Positions 24,092-37,100 of a stretch of 64,000 bases of DNA are shown here, one piece after another. Position 1 is the stretch's first letter. Each line of letters begins with the position of its first letter. Where the stretch lies: NCBI RefSeq assembly GCF_009834535.1, contig NC_045696.1:114144001-114208000 (forward strand). The letters run 5' to 3'. The translations under genes were made by a program, and so were the position numbers. The notes under the pieces are model-generated. The model did not search any database. It was given only the letters and a program-made list of their open reading frames with translations, and had not been told where the DNA came from. This stretch comes from Camelus ferus (Eukaryota).

Positions 24092-25959
24092 ACTACCTCT
24101 TTCTTTTTTGTAGTTGCCATTTCCTTTTTATAGCTTTTACACTGAGTTTTATTTGGGCTTTTTTTTTGACTCCTGGGTTAGCTGAGGACTTAGCTTCCAC
24201 ATTTCCTTCACATGATCCCTACTCTGGTTGTTTTTGTAAACTGTATTTCACTCGGTGCAGCCTAGCAGAATGTGGCACAGCGGTCAGGGCATTGAAGATT
24301 GCTTTGATGTCTGAGGAGGGAGCTTGTGCAACCTGCCCTTCTCTCTAGCCCAGATGTCTCCCATTTCAATCTCATTCATCGTTTCTCTGCTTCTTGAACT
24401 GAGTTGCACTAATGTCTTCTTCTCACACACACAATTCCAACTCGTCACATCCAAAGAGCAACAACTTTTCCCTCTTCTGAGGTTCTGTTTTCATCATGAC
24501 CTTTCCATGTGTTGATCTCTGGTTCTCTTTAGTTTTTTAAGATGGGCTTGTTTCACTGGATCCCTTCATGCTTCATAAAGGGGATGGCAGGCTCTCCCTC
24601 CTGGATTTGATTCCTTTAAACTTTGGGGATTTCTCAAAGCTTGCAAAATAGGATTTAATGGAGGGTAATTGCAGCATCTCAACTCAAAGATAAAGTTAAA
24701 GAAAAATCCTTTCAATGATAATATAAGAGATCTTTCTTGTTTCTGAAATATTTTTTTCTGGTTAATAAACTAACAGGTTGTTTTTACCAAAGTAGTGATA
24801 ATAGGGTATTTGGCTTGTAATTCCTTATTAAAAATTTTGGTATAATCTGTATGGTGTATATCTACATTTTTGTTCATTTTAATCCATATTCCAGAGATTG
24901 TTGCTGGATTTACCCTCCAGAAGTGACTAGCCAGCATTTATTCAAGAGGGACACTCCAGAGATAGCTACTCTGAGTGATATTTTACCTATGTTGATTTCT
25001 GATCAGTACCACTGGCTTTGTTAATGAGTACATGCTGGTTAGAAATGGACTTTATTTGTTGAAATTGTCAAGATATAAGGATTATCTAGAAGACATCCCC
25101 CACCCTTGCATGAACAAGGCAAGGCTAAAATTCAGCCAGGACATATTTATTATGTGGATGTTAGTAGTTTATGTTCAGCATCCTTTCTGATTGGGTAATC
25201 TGTGCTATTTTTGATGCTGAAAGTTTGAGCCTTGCATCTTAGAACAAGATATAAGAATGAAAGGGCTCAGCTGTCTACCCTTAGGGATGGCAACTTGGTT
25301 ATAGGGTGATACAGTGCTCAAACCACTCAACTGTACACAGCAGCTCTGAACAATGCCCTGGGTATGATTCCTAAGCAGTCCTATTTCCAGCCACTAATTG
25401 GAAAGAATTTTGGTTGTCTAACTTTATTTGAGGATTAGTGGACGCTGGGTGTTTGAATTTTGACACATTGGCTTGGGTAATACTTTCTTGCGAGGTGCTG
25501 TCAGAACTTCTAAAAAGACAGAGAGCTGGGGTTTCATCAAGTTTAAAGAACAGGATACACGATTTTCTTGGGACTACCTGCTAATTAAATGGCAGGATTC
25601 TGTGAGACATTTGCCTTCTTTGTTACCTTGTAGGGAGATTGTAGGAAGACCTAGAACTGTTTCCTGTCACTAATTAGGTGCTCTTAACCTGCAGTCTATG
25701 GACCATTTGTATAGGTAGCATTCAAAGAGCCTGTGTTCTTGGATAAGAAAACAAATTACATTTTCATCTTTCCTAACTCTAACTGAAATATAAAATTTTC
25801 TTTCATTATGAGTGTAGGCAATATACCATGGTGTTGCTAACTTTCCTTTGTCACTAATAGAAACCCCATTTATCTTCATGACACATTGCTTGCATGGATA
25901 TCTCAACATGTCATTTAATCTCATCAGTACTTTGAAACTATGGCAGTCGTAGAACCACT

Positions 25960-26141
25960 GGTAGGTTTAATTTTACTCTATTAATAGAAAATTCTGCATA
26001 TTTTTATATCACAGATATTTAAAAATATTTCAACAACTGTATTTCGATATATTTTGCTTTCTTTTTGATCCCTATGCTCTTTATTTTATGCATTTAAAAA
26101 TGTTATTCTGAAAAGACGTAAAAATGATTAAGAATATCTGT
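25960..26141. mobile_element. MER103C-like hAT-Charlie fragment
   Basis: TGTATTTCGATATA...TTATTTTATGCATTTAAAAATGTTATTCTGA...TTAAGAATATCTG. Confidence 0.65.
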
Positions 26142-26610
26142 GTTTTAAACACAATTTATATTAAAAAAAAAAAGCCTACTAGCTGTTCATGACTAAATTG
26201 AAGTAAGTTAGTTCCCAGCAGTGAATGACCTATAAAGTGGAGAGGTAGTGTCACAGAGAGTAAGACTAATGGAAAAAATATGGTCGTGGATTAGAGCCAT
26301 TATATTGTACCTATGCTGGGTGATTCTAAGATGGATGAGAGACATGTCAAGTTTCTAAAATCCTAGGCAGTGCCTCTGGAGGTGGGGCACAGCTGTGTGT
26401 CTTGAAGGCAGGGCAACACTTCTCCCATTTGTTGGAGGGGAGGAAGATAGCATTTGCCTACTTTCTTTTCCTGCTATGCAATCTTGCTTTCACATCTCAG
26501 TTTGACTTTTTTCATGATAATTTTAAACATCATCCTGTAAATGTATTAATTTATAAATTATTGAGAAGATGTCACTTTGGGAAAATGTGATTAGAAAGAA
26601 CAAATACATT

Positions 26611-27128
26611 GCAACCTAAATATCCATGGACAGATGATTGGATAAAGAAGTTGTGGTATATTTATATAATGGAGTACTACTCAGCCATAAAAAAGAATGA
26701 AATAATGCCATTTTCAGCAACATGGATGGACCTAGACATGATCATACTAAGTGAAGTAAGTCAGACATAGAAAGACAAGTATCATAGGATATCACTTATA
26801 TGTGGGATCTAAAAAAATGACACAAATGAACTTATTTACAAAATAGAAAAAGACTCATAGACATAGAAAACAAACTTACGGTTACCAAAGGGGAAAGTGG
26901 GAGAGGGATAAATTGGGAGTTTGGGATTATTAGATACACACTACTGTATATAAAATAGATAAACAACAAGGACCTACTGTCTAGCACAGGGAACTATATT
27001 CAATATCTTGTAACAACCTATAATGTAAAAGAATACGAAAAAGAATATATATATATAGCTGAATCACTATGCTGTACACCAGGAATCAACACAGCATTGT
27101 AAATCAACTCTACTTTAATAAAAAAAAA
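26611..27128 (+). mobile_element. 5'-truncated L1 3' end
   Basis: ORF2 end, 3'UTR and poly-A; degenerate TSD AGAAAGAACAAATACA / AGAAAGGGCAAGTACA. Confidence 0.93.
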
Positions 27129-27427
27129 GAATGAAAGAAAGGGCAAGTACACCTCTTGACTGTCCCTTCTCTGCCTATTCCACTTCTGGGCTGGGTATTC
27201 TGGAAAACAAAGTCTATGGGACTATAGGACATGACTTTCAAAATGTTGTACAAAACAGTTTTCCATTTTACAGACTAGTTTTTCATGTTTTAAAAAGACT
27301 ATTTATCTTGATGTTCATTTTTACGGTAGTTATCTTTGTAAACACTAAGAAGTTAGTGAGGTATTAATTAGGGATAACAAAAGTGGAAAGAAAGTTTCTT
27401 TCCTTTATTTTACAGCTATATATGGAT

Positions 27428-27682
27428 CAATGGCTTTCAAAATTTGTTGTGACCTACAATCAGAGATGCATTTTACATCCTGACCCAATGTACACACACA
27501 CACACACACACACAATTGAAACAAAACCTTCAGGAATCGATACTTAACCTTACTACATTTCCATACTATTCCGTGTCATCATTCCATTTTTTTTTTAATT
27601 TAAGAAAATACTGGTCTTAATAGACTAAACTGATTTTACAACTCACTAATATGTCAGAATTTGAATTTTGAAAGATATACTA
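27428..27682. mobile_element. hAT-Charlie MITE (subfamily uncertain) with internal (CA)n
   Basis: CAATGGCTTTCAAAA...TTTTGAAAGATATACT inverted ends; CATTTTACATCCTGACCCA core. Confidence 0.6.
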
Positions 27683-27774
27683 GTCTAGGTCAGGTTATTT
27701 TTTTTAAATTTCTAAATGCAGTTCAGAAATAACACACTACATTTTCTGTTACTTTCTCCATAGCAACTATTTGT

Positions 27775-27959
27775 TTTTTTAATATGTTTTTAGTGAAATA
27801 TAGTTGGTTTACAATGTTGCGTCAATTTCTGATGTACAGCACAATACTTAAGTCATATAAGAACATATATATATTTGTTTTCATATTCTTTTTCACCATA
27901 TGTTACTACAAGATATTGAATGTAGTTCCCTGTGCTGTACAGTAGTAATTTGTTGTTTG
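27775..27959 (-). mobile_element. Short L1 3' end
   Basis: Typical 3'UTR sequence; TSD TAGCAAC(A)TATTTGT at 27761 and 27960. Confidence 0.88.
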
Positions 27960-28134
27960 TAGCAACATATTTGTGAAACAAACTGAATGAGGGAGTTAGC
28001 TGGAGGACTCAACATTAAGTACTTACTGAGTGCTAATAACATTCTGTTTGTTTTCTTATCTCTTCTGCTCTTCTAAACAATCTTGAGAAATAAAAAATCT
28101 AGTCTTTAAAAAGCTGAAATTTTTGTCTCTTTTT

Positions 28135-28213
28135 TTTGTTTGTTTCTGTATCGCCAGTGCCTAAGAGAATGGATGGTATATATCAGGCACTCAGCAACTA
28201 CTTGTTAAATTGA
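28135..28213 (+). mobile_element. L2 3' end fragment
   Basis: CTGTATCGCCAGTGCCTA...CAGGCACTCAGCAACTACTTGTTAAATTGA. Confidence 0.65.
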
Positions 28214-28489
28214 GCTTATTATCTCAAGAAATTCTGAAGTGCAAAAGGATCTGTGACTTGCTCAGTATCCCAGGGATTGAAAGAGGTGCATCTGGGCTTA
28301 GAAGTATCTGTCCCATTCCCCAGTCATGGGGTATGTAGTGAGAAGAGGTGCCTTATGCTTATGGGATGGTTTTGTGTGCTGGGCAGTTTGGTGTGATGGT
28401 TTAACACTGTATTTTAACATAAGATCTGGTCCTGAAGTTTTGGGCTATGTTTTTATATGCTTAATTATTCATTCATGCCAAGGTAATCA

Positions 28490-28680
28490 AGACCAAGATC
28501 ACGTGAATATTTTGGTCGCAGAGCATACATTACGACTGAAAACGTTTCCTCCTCGCCATCCAAAACAAATGTAACTAGCCGCTCCGCAGACTGGGTTCTG
28601 CTGTTATCGCACTGCTGACTTTGCTGGAACTGTGCATGCCATTGGGTAAACACAACCTGAGTCATCCAAGAGGGAATTCT
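28490..28680. promoter_or_regulatory. Candidate enhancer (CpG-retaining; E-box, ARE, FOX and AP-1 motifs)
   Basis: 8 CpGs in ~110 bp; TCACGTGA 28499, TGACTTTGC 28616, GTAAACA 28646, TGAGTCA 28658; motif-level evidence only. Confidence 0.4.
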
Positions 28681-30753
28681 GGAGATGGGGCACACCCTTG
28701 TGGCTCTCTGACAAGTTCTAACCTGAAGGCATGAAGCTCCTGGGAAAAGGTCATTGTTTATGCTTTAAGAAGGCAGAGACCTCTAAATCTAGACCAAAGC
28801 TTTCCAAATAAAATCATTCTGGCCAAGAGGAACACTGGGCCAAATTCACAGCATCTTCTTTCTGCCATGTCTCAAAAAACTTTGGCAAATGGGCTTTCTC
28901 AAATAAAGGTGGCACAGCTGCTGTCTAGGGCAGAGCTACCACCCCACTGCCTAACAATAGGAGACTCCCCACCCCAGCAATGGGGGGACCAGCAAGGCCA
29001 AGACATTTAACAGCTAATCACGGGTCTCCAGGAAGGAGACAAAGCAGCTTAGCAACTCCCCAAACAGAACTGCCTCTAGCCATGTGAAAAGAATTTGTTT
29101 AATGGATTCAGAGTTCAGTGGTAACCACTGACATCCAAGCACAGAATACATTTATAGGAATGTGAAGCTGGCAAGTTGTCTCAGGCTGAGCCTGGGGTTG
29201 AGTCTCCAGAGAGGATGCGCAAAGCATAGTGACTGGTGTCTTACGCCTTTAAATATGGGTTCCCATTGACTTAATTCCCTCGTGATCAGTAAGCTGGAAT
29301 GCACTGTGCAGTGCAGCGTTTTGGATATTGAGGCTGTCAAAACCAGAATGTTTATGTTCACTGGTCAGTGCATCTCATGTTTAGTAAGATCTTTGGGAAA
29401 AATTAATCATCAAAATCTGTGAACACAAACTCCATGTGAAAGGAATTGAGTCTTCTTCCTAAGGACATATTTTCATTGCGATGTGCTGTTACTGAGTCAT
29501 CCTTTTTTTCCATTGCAGGGTTATAACTATGCTAGAGATCAGAGGCTTCAGGTGGACTTTGTCCATTCTTTTCTGACTACATAAGGTTTCAGCTCTGATT
29601 CTATGTCTGGTTTAGTAAAAAGAGTGCCTCAAGAAAGATTTGCAGTCACAGATTCAGCTTCTGAGCTGTTCCATTTTGTCTGTTCGTTCCAAGCACTGTT
29701 TCCAGACCTCATAGACCTTACCATTTTGGGGATACGACCTAGACTTTTGGACCGTGATCCAATTTGATGCACTGATTGGCTCTCTCAGTGTCCAAACTCT
29801 GCCCCTGTCTGTCTGGGGTTCTGTTCTTGCATTAACAATCCCAAAGCACTTTAGAGCAACCCTCCCATTTGATTTCCCATAACTGGGCTTTTTGCCAATA
29901 GTGTCTGTTTGGCGATGGTTTGGGCTTGGAGTTGGGCCTCAGAAAACTGTTAGAATTTTCTTCCTTTAACAATACTGCGGGCATACTGATAAATAGAAGG
30001 AAATGTTTCTCAAACATTTACCATGTGTCAGACTGTACTGGAGGCTCCAGGGGAATTGACTGAAACAAAAAATTGGTCAAAAATAAATCTTTTCAATCAT
30101 AGAAGTTTGTCATATTTTGGTAATTTTGTGCATCTTGATAAATGTTGCCAGTTTTAATGCAACCTTAAATATTTTGCTATTTATCAGAAATTATCAGGGT
30201 TTTGGAACTATTTATAAAACCCGGGATATTTAGAAGACTACATAGTGTTTCTGTTCATTTCTCATGTATTTGGAGTTTATTTATTTTTGGCCAATTAGGA
30301 CTGCTTAGCTTGTTTGGCCATCTTTCATGAATTTAAGTTTTGTGTCCAGCTTACTTTTCCAGAAGCAAACTCCTAAAGACGGTGCTTTCAACCACTGGTT
30401 CATATAAGGATAAATTTGGGGTGAGCTAATGAGACAGTACAATTGAAAATCCCAGTTTTGGAGAGCTATTCCTTCATTTTCTCCGTCATTTTGCTTTTCA
30501 AGATCCAAAGTTTGTTTTTACCTAATGATGGCAATTTATTTAGGTATATTTTCACCATTTTGATTGCATATTTCTTTTATATATAACAGCTCTAATAAAG
30601 AAACCTTTACAGAAAAAGCAGGTTTGCAGGAATAAAAAATATTGGATGCACATTCTGAAAACAGCATTAGGCTTCTGGTGTCATTTTAACATTCATAGAT
30701 TCAACATTTCAATACTGATAGGCATGGTTGAGTTTTTAATCCTAGGGACACTA

Positions 30754-31062
30754 TGTTGGTCCATCAGGCTGTTATAATGATGCTACAGGCCGACTGGCTA
30801 ATAAACATTTATTTCTCACAGTGCTGGGTGCTGGGAAGTCCAAGATCAAGGTGCCTGTAGTTTCGGTGTCTGGTGAGAACCCTCTTCCTAGTTCATAGAC
30901 AGCCATCTTTTCGCTGTGTCCTCACATGACCAAAGGAAGAAGACAGCTCCCTGGGCTCTCTCTGATAAGGGTCCTACCCTCATGACCTAATCACTTCCCA
31001 CAGTCCTCACCTCCAAACACAATCACATTAAGGGTTATGATTCTTGGAGGGAGGCATTCATG
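30754..31062 (-). mobile_element. MaLR solo LTR, MLT1A/A0-like
   Basis: ATTTATTTCTCACAGT..GCTGGGAAGTCCAAGATCAAGGTGCC...CCCTCATGACCTAATCAC. Confidence 0.88.
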
Positions 31063-31889
31063 AGACAGTAAGTTACAGAAGGCTAGTACCCTGAAGGGTT
31101 CCACTGAGTAGATTTTAGAGGCTGCATTAGAAGTTTTTGCCATCATCTAAAATATATGGGTTTCTTGGCCCCATTTATATCAACTCTATTCCCCTAAACC
31201 TTAATAGACATCTAGCAATCCTGATATCAAATTGCAGAATAAAGCAGAAATCAGTACATTTATTTAAAAGGGAGAACGAACCAGTTGTATTTAGGCATAT
31301 ACGATGGGAAGAGAGGAAGCTGTGTTCGAACTCTAAGCTGTTATAAATCGAGCACTTGGGTGAGAAAGGTGCACACAGATACATTTGTAGGATCCTGTCA
31401 GCAATGCTACTTTAAAAATAGCCCTTATTGGCTCTGTGGCAAAACAAAAGTGAAACACCTGGAACTGCTCCAGGCTTTGGCTTGTAAAACCACCAGTAAG
31501 AGAATCCAATAAAGAGATGCACATTCCTGCCTGAGACCACGCCTCCTCCCCCTCACTCCTCCCCAGCACTCACAAACACATTCCAACGTGGTTTACAAAA
31601 CCACGGCCGCCACCCACACTCACCACAGACACGATCTCTGATCTCCCCTCCTTTGGCTCTTCTACACCGACTCTTCTACCCGGCTCTGCCTGCCTCACAC
31701 ACCAGAGCGAAGCTTGCCTGCTGCAGAGCTGTTCACAAAGGATACTATAGGATGGAGTCTGTGTTGCCGCGTTAGCCACCTTCATCAGTATCTCCTGGAT
31801 CCATGCTTTAGCTTCCAAAGGAGTGTGTTTCAATGAGCTAGGAATCCCTATGGTGGAGTCATTTGTTTATCAGGTCAATAGTTGGAATT

Positions 31890-32090
31890 CTAGTTTATGT
31901 CAAACACTGTGCTGGGCACCAAGGAGAAAGCCAGGCATGAGTCCCAGACCTTTCCCTTAAGGGGAGTCTGGCAGGGAGACTGACAGGTAAAAGGAATGCT
32001 GGGCGGGCATTGTGGGAACACACAGGAGAGGGAGAAGGTGGGGCATGGTCATCAAAGGCTCCTTGAGGAAGAGTAAAGTGAATTTGAATG
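31890..32090 (-). mobile_element. L2 fragment
   Basis: TATGTCAAACACTGTGCTGGGCAC...AAAGGCTCCTTGAGGAAG. Confidence 0.6.
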
Positions 32091-32264
32091 TCTTTAGGAA
32101 GTATAGATTTTTGTGCCATTTGCTACAAACCTGCTACTTTCTGGTTTTGGAAATCAGTGGTTTTCATATTATATTACCTGCCTGACTCCTTTGAGGCTCT
32201 AATCTCTAGTCTCTGTCATTCACTTGATTTTTCATATAAGAAGTTTGATTGCTAGATAAATAGA

Positions 32265-32570
32265 TCATTCATTCATTCTTTCATTCAACAAATATTTATT
32301 TTGGAACTATGAGTAGGGCTGGATGTACATTGGTAATTTTGGCTTACAGTCTGAAATACAAGACAGATAAGTAAATAAGCAAATGGGTGTATAATATATA
32401 AATTATAACAAGTGCTTAATGCCAGATAGTAATAAGGGTCTGCATTAGAATGGGTGGCCACAGAGGGCCTCTCTGAGGGAGGACATTTAAGCAGAAACTG
32501 GAAAGATGAGGTGAAAGTCTTTGGAAGAGTATAGAGGAAATGTTATCCAGGCAGCAAAAGTGAAGGCCAA
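32265..32570 (-). mobile_element. L2 3' fragment
   Basis: CATTCATTCA...ACAAATATTTATT start; GGCCTCTCTGAGGGAGGACATTTAAGCAGA. Confidence 0.75.
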
Positions 32571-33479
32571 GGTGCAGTTGGGCAGGTTGTGACTTGCACA
32601 AAGATGCTTCTGCTCACCAAGCTGTGAACCTTGGTATGGGGTTGTGTCTGTCCAGAGGAAGGGGTGTGCAAATTACAGAATGGAGAGCAGAAACCCTCAG
32701 AGAAGATCCTAGCTAGGAAAAACCAAAGACAGCAGATCTCTGCACTTGGGAGAACAGACGTCATTTTAAAGTAGAATGAACACATAGGGGGTGGGCATGG
32801 GGAAGGTGGAGTTGGGGGATAGATTCTACTGCAGGTGTCGTGGGAAGTCCAATAAAGCTGAGAAAGGCAATTTGAGGAGAGCAGGGTGACAGGGAGACAC
32901 CAAGGAAGCATCTCCACTTGGAAGACCCAATGAGACAAGCCATCCGGCTTTCAGGTGGATCAATGCCTTGAGAAGCAAGCACTTAGTAATACAAAGAAAT
33001 GAAGGAAAGGAGGCAGGTAGAACAACCCCAGCCTCGGGCTGATGGACCTTGGCAGACCCTGGTCTCCAGCTCTGAGAAAAGTGGAAAGAGATAGAGGGGA
33101 AAATGGTAAAAACAAAGTAACAGTGCAGAAACCTGGTCACCAGAACTGGGCCCCAGCATCAGAAGAGAATCAGGGCAAAGTTCTCTGGACATGGTGCTAT
33201 TGGTTTGGTGGCCTTTAAATGCCTTCCATATAGAAATCTGAGGAGGGCAAAGCTCAGTTTGTACAAAAGAATAAGCTGCATCAGTTTTGAAGATTACGTG
33301 GACAATGGATAGGTAGAGATCCAGGCAAGTCATAACATGATCTACCCAACTGATGCTTTAAATAAAGCATCGTATGAATTTAGTTTGACGTGATTCAGTC
33401 TGGATATATCAGTGGCAAATCTTAGTCATTTGTACATTCTTCTCTTACTGCCTCAGACATTTTTTTATCCACTACCTCA

Positions 33480-33962
33480 CATCCTCTCTGTCACTCCTTT
33501 CTCTGGGGCCCTTGGCCATTTGTTTTCCCAGCTGCTATTGCAACCAGCTTCACATGGGCACAACCCAACAGTCCCCTGCTTCCTGCTCCTACTGTACATT
33601 ACTTGCTTGCTGTTCTAATCTCTAAGGTGTGAGATGCTATGGAATCTAAACTGGTATCATGTTCTATTGAACCTGAAAGTGTGGGGGAGTTAATGGTCTG
33701 TGAAGTAAACTTGGGTCAAGGTGAGATGGAAGCTAGCTGATAAATTCTTCCTTCCTGCTGCTGAAACCTGGTAGTCCATCTCTCTCAGAAGAGGAGTGTA
33801 TGAGATGAAACAAACAACTGTCCTTGTTTTTAAGCCATGGCTGACTCAGTGACCTTCCCTCCCTACTACACTCCCCCTTTGCCTCGTTTCTGCTTCCTGC
33901 TATTGCACCTTTAGTGAAGTGGTCAGTGCATAAGCTTTTATTTCAGGCTTTGCCAAGATATA
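33480..33962 (+). mobile_element. ERVL solo LTR, LTR16-like
   Basis: AAAGTGTGGGGGAGTTAAT, GATAAATTCTTCCTTCC and AAGCCATGGCTGACTCAGT motifs. Confidence 0.65.
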
Positions 33963-34006
33963 ATAGTTATAGAATTGTGTCAGTGTTGGTAGCTTATAGA
34001 CCAGTA

Positions 34007-34108
34007 GCTGCACAACCCAATACTAGCCAAGAGCTACATGTGGCAATAGACCACTTGAAACATGGCTGGTCCTAATTATGATATCGTGTATGTATAAGAT
34101 ATACATCA
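34007..34108 (-). mobile_element. MER33 hAT-Charlie, left part (split by L1)
   Basis: CTACATGTGGCAATAGACCACTTGAAACATGGCTGGTCC resembles the MER33 end; continues at 40502. Confidence 0.75.
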
Positions 34109-37100
34109 GGGGTGTAGTCAAGGTGGCAGAGTAGGAAGACCCTAAGCTCATCTCCTCCTATGGGCAAACCAAAATTAAAACTATTTACAGAGCAGCTATT
34201 GATGAGAATGACTCAAGGAATAGGAGAAAATATTTTCTACAGCTAAAGATATAAAGAAGGAAACATAAAGTGACAGGTAGGAGGGGGTGGAGGTGTGCTA
34301 TAGTCAAGATCCACAACCCTGGTAGGAGATCCGCACATGGGAGGATATTCACAATTGCAGAGCTTCTACTCAAGGAGTAAGGGGTCCAAGCCTCATATCA
34401 GGCTCCCTAGCCTTGGGGTCCAGCCCCAGAACAGCTGCCTTTGAAGGCCAGCAGAGCTTGTGTACAGGCAAACTATTGAAAATAGAGACTCCACTCTTAA
34501 AAGGCTCATGCAAAATCTCACATGCTCTGAGTCCTAGCTCAGAGGCAGCAATTTGGAAGGTATCTGGGTCAGACTTGCTTGATGGGACTCCCTCTCAGGA
34601 CATAATGTTGGTGGCAGCCATTTTGGGGAGTTCATTCTGTAAAGAGGACACTGGTGTTGGCAAGTGCCATTTTGGAGTCCTTCCTCTAGCCTATTAGTGC
34701 ACGGGTTTACCTGTCTACCAGGAGAGCAGCACCAGTCTGGGACCCCCCAGAGCCACACCGCCAGCTGTGTGGGGATCTGGACCCATCCAACACCAAGCTG
34801 GCAGCTATGGCATGAAGCAGAACCTGGCAGCTGATGGGGGTGCGGAGTAGATCTGCCTACTGATGCCAACAGTAGTTGGCCCACCACAACGAAAGAGCCC
34901 ACACAGCCCACATAGGGGGGCACCCCTAGAGCATATGGAGTAATATGTTTCAAATTAAGGAACAAAACAAAAATCTCAGAAAAAGACCTAAACAAAGTGA
35001 AGATAAGCCATGTACTTACTTTATAAAGAGTACAAGGTAATGATCATAAAGATACTCAGTGAACTTGGGAGAAGAATCATGAAGACAGTGAGAATTTTAA
35101 CATAGAGGTAGAAAATATAAAGAAAAACCAAACAGAGCTGAAGAATTTAATACAAAATGAAAAATGCACTAGAAGGAATCAATAGTAGATTAGATGATAC
35201 AGAAGAATGGATCAGTGAATTGGAAGACTGAATAGTGGAAATCATGCAAGCAGAACAGAAAAAAGGAAAAGAAAATAAATGAGGATAGTTTAAGAGATCT
35301 TTGGGACAATGTCAAGCATACTAACATTCATTATATAGAGGTCGCAGTAGGAGAAAATAGAGACTGGGGCAGAGGACTTATTTGAAGACATAATAGCTGA
35401 AAACTACCTTAACTTGAAAAGGAAACAGATATCCAGGTCCAGAAAGCACAGACAGTCCCCAAAAAGATGAATGCAATGAAGTCTATACAAAGATACATTA
35501 TAATTAAAGTGGCAAAAATTAAAGATAAACAGAGAATCTTAAAAGCAGCAGAGAAAAGTGATTAGTTATGTACAAGGAAACTCCCATGCAATCAGCTTAC
35601 TTTTTAGCAGAACCTTTGCAGGCAAGAAAGGAGTGGCATTTTATATTCAAAATGTTGAAAGAAAAAACATATAGTCAAGAATGCTTTACCCAGCAAGGTT
35701 ATCAGTCAGAAATGAAGGAGACATAAAGAGTTTCCCAGACAAGCAAAAGGTAAAAGAGTTCAGTACCCTTAAAATGGTTTAGGAATAATTATTAAAGAGA
35801 CTTATCTAGGTAGAAAAGAAAAACCACAACTATAAATACGAAAATTACAAAAGGAAACATTTTTATGATAAAGCAAACATACAGTAAAGAGAGTAGAACA
35901 ATTACTTATAAAGCTAGTATGAAGGTTAAAAGACACAAGCAATAAAATAATTTATATCCACAGTAAGTAAAGGATACAGTAAACAAAAACATGTAAAATT
36001 TGATGGCAAAGACATTAAACATGGTGTGGGGAGTAAAAATGTGAGGTTTTTAGGACTAATTGAACTTAAGAGATCATGAACTTAAAATAATCATGTATAT
36101 ATAAATTGTAATAAATGAACTTTATGGTAAGCACAAACCAGAAGCCCATAATACATGCAAACACACAAAAGAGAAAGGAATCCTAAAATAATACTAAAGA
36201 TAGTCATCAAACCACAAGGGAAGAGAGCAAAAGAAGAAGACAGGACTAAAAAAGAACTACAGAAACCACCCCAAAACATTTAATAAAATGGCAGTAAGAA
36301 CATAAACATCAATAATTGCTTTGAATCCAAATGGGCTAAATGCTCAAATCAAAAGACATTGAGTGGCTGAATGAATAAAAAAAGACCCATTTATATGTTG
36401 TTTACAAGACACACTTCAGATCTAAAGAAACACAGACTGAAAATGAAAGGATGGAAAAAATGTATTCTATGCAACTGAAAATGAAAAGAAAGCTGGGGTA
36501 GCAATACTTATATCAGACAAAGTAGACTTTAAAACAAAACTGTGACAAGAGACATAGGACACTAAATAAGGATAAAGAGAACAAACCATCAAGAAGATAA
36601 AACAGTTGTAAATATACACATCCAACACAGAAGCACCTAAATAAATAGAGCAAGCATTAACAAATAAAAAGGAAGAAACTGACAGTAACACAATAATAGT
36701 AAGGAACATTAACCCCCCTCTTACATCAATGGGCAGATGATCCAGACAGAAAGTCAGTAATGAAAACTGGGCCTTACATGCCACTTTAGACCAAGTAGAC
36801 TTAATATATAGGAGATCTCATCCCCAAGTAGTAGAATACCCACCCATTATTTTCAAATGTACATGAAACTTTCTCCAGGAGAGATCACATACTAAGTCAC
36901 AAAATAAGTCTCAGTAAATTTAAGAAGACTGAAATCACACAAAGTATTTTTTTCTGACCACAATCATTTGACTAAAATTCAACTATAGGAAAAAAAACTG
37001 TAAAAAACATACCATATAATATCACTCATAAGTGAAATCTAAAAAATGACACAAATAGACTTGTTTACAAACCAGAAACAGTCTCACAGGCATAGAAAAC

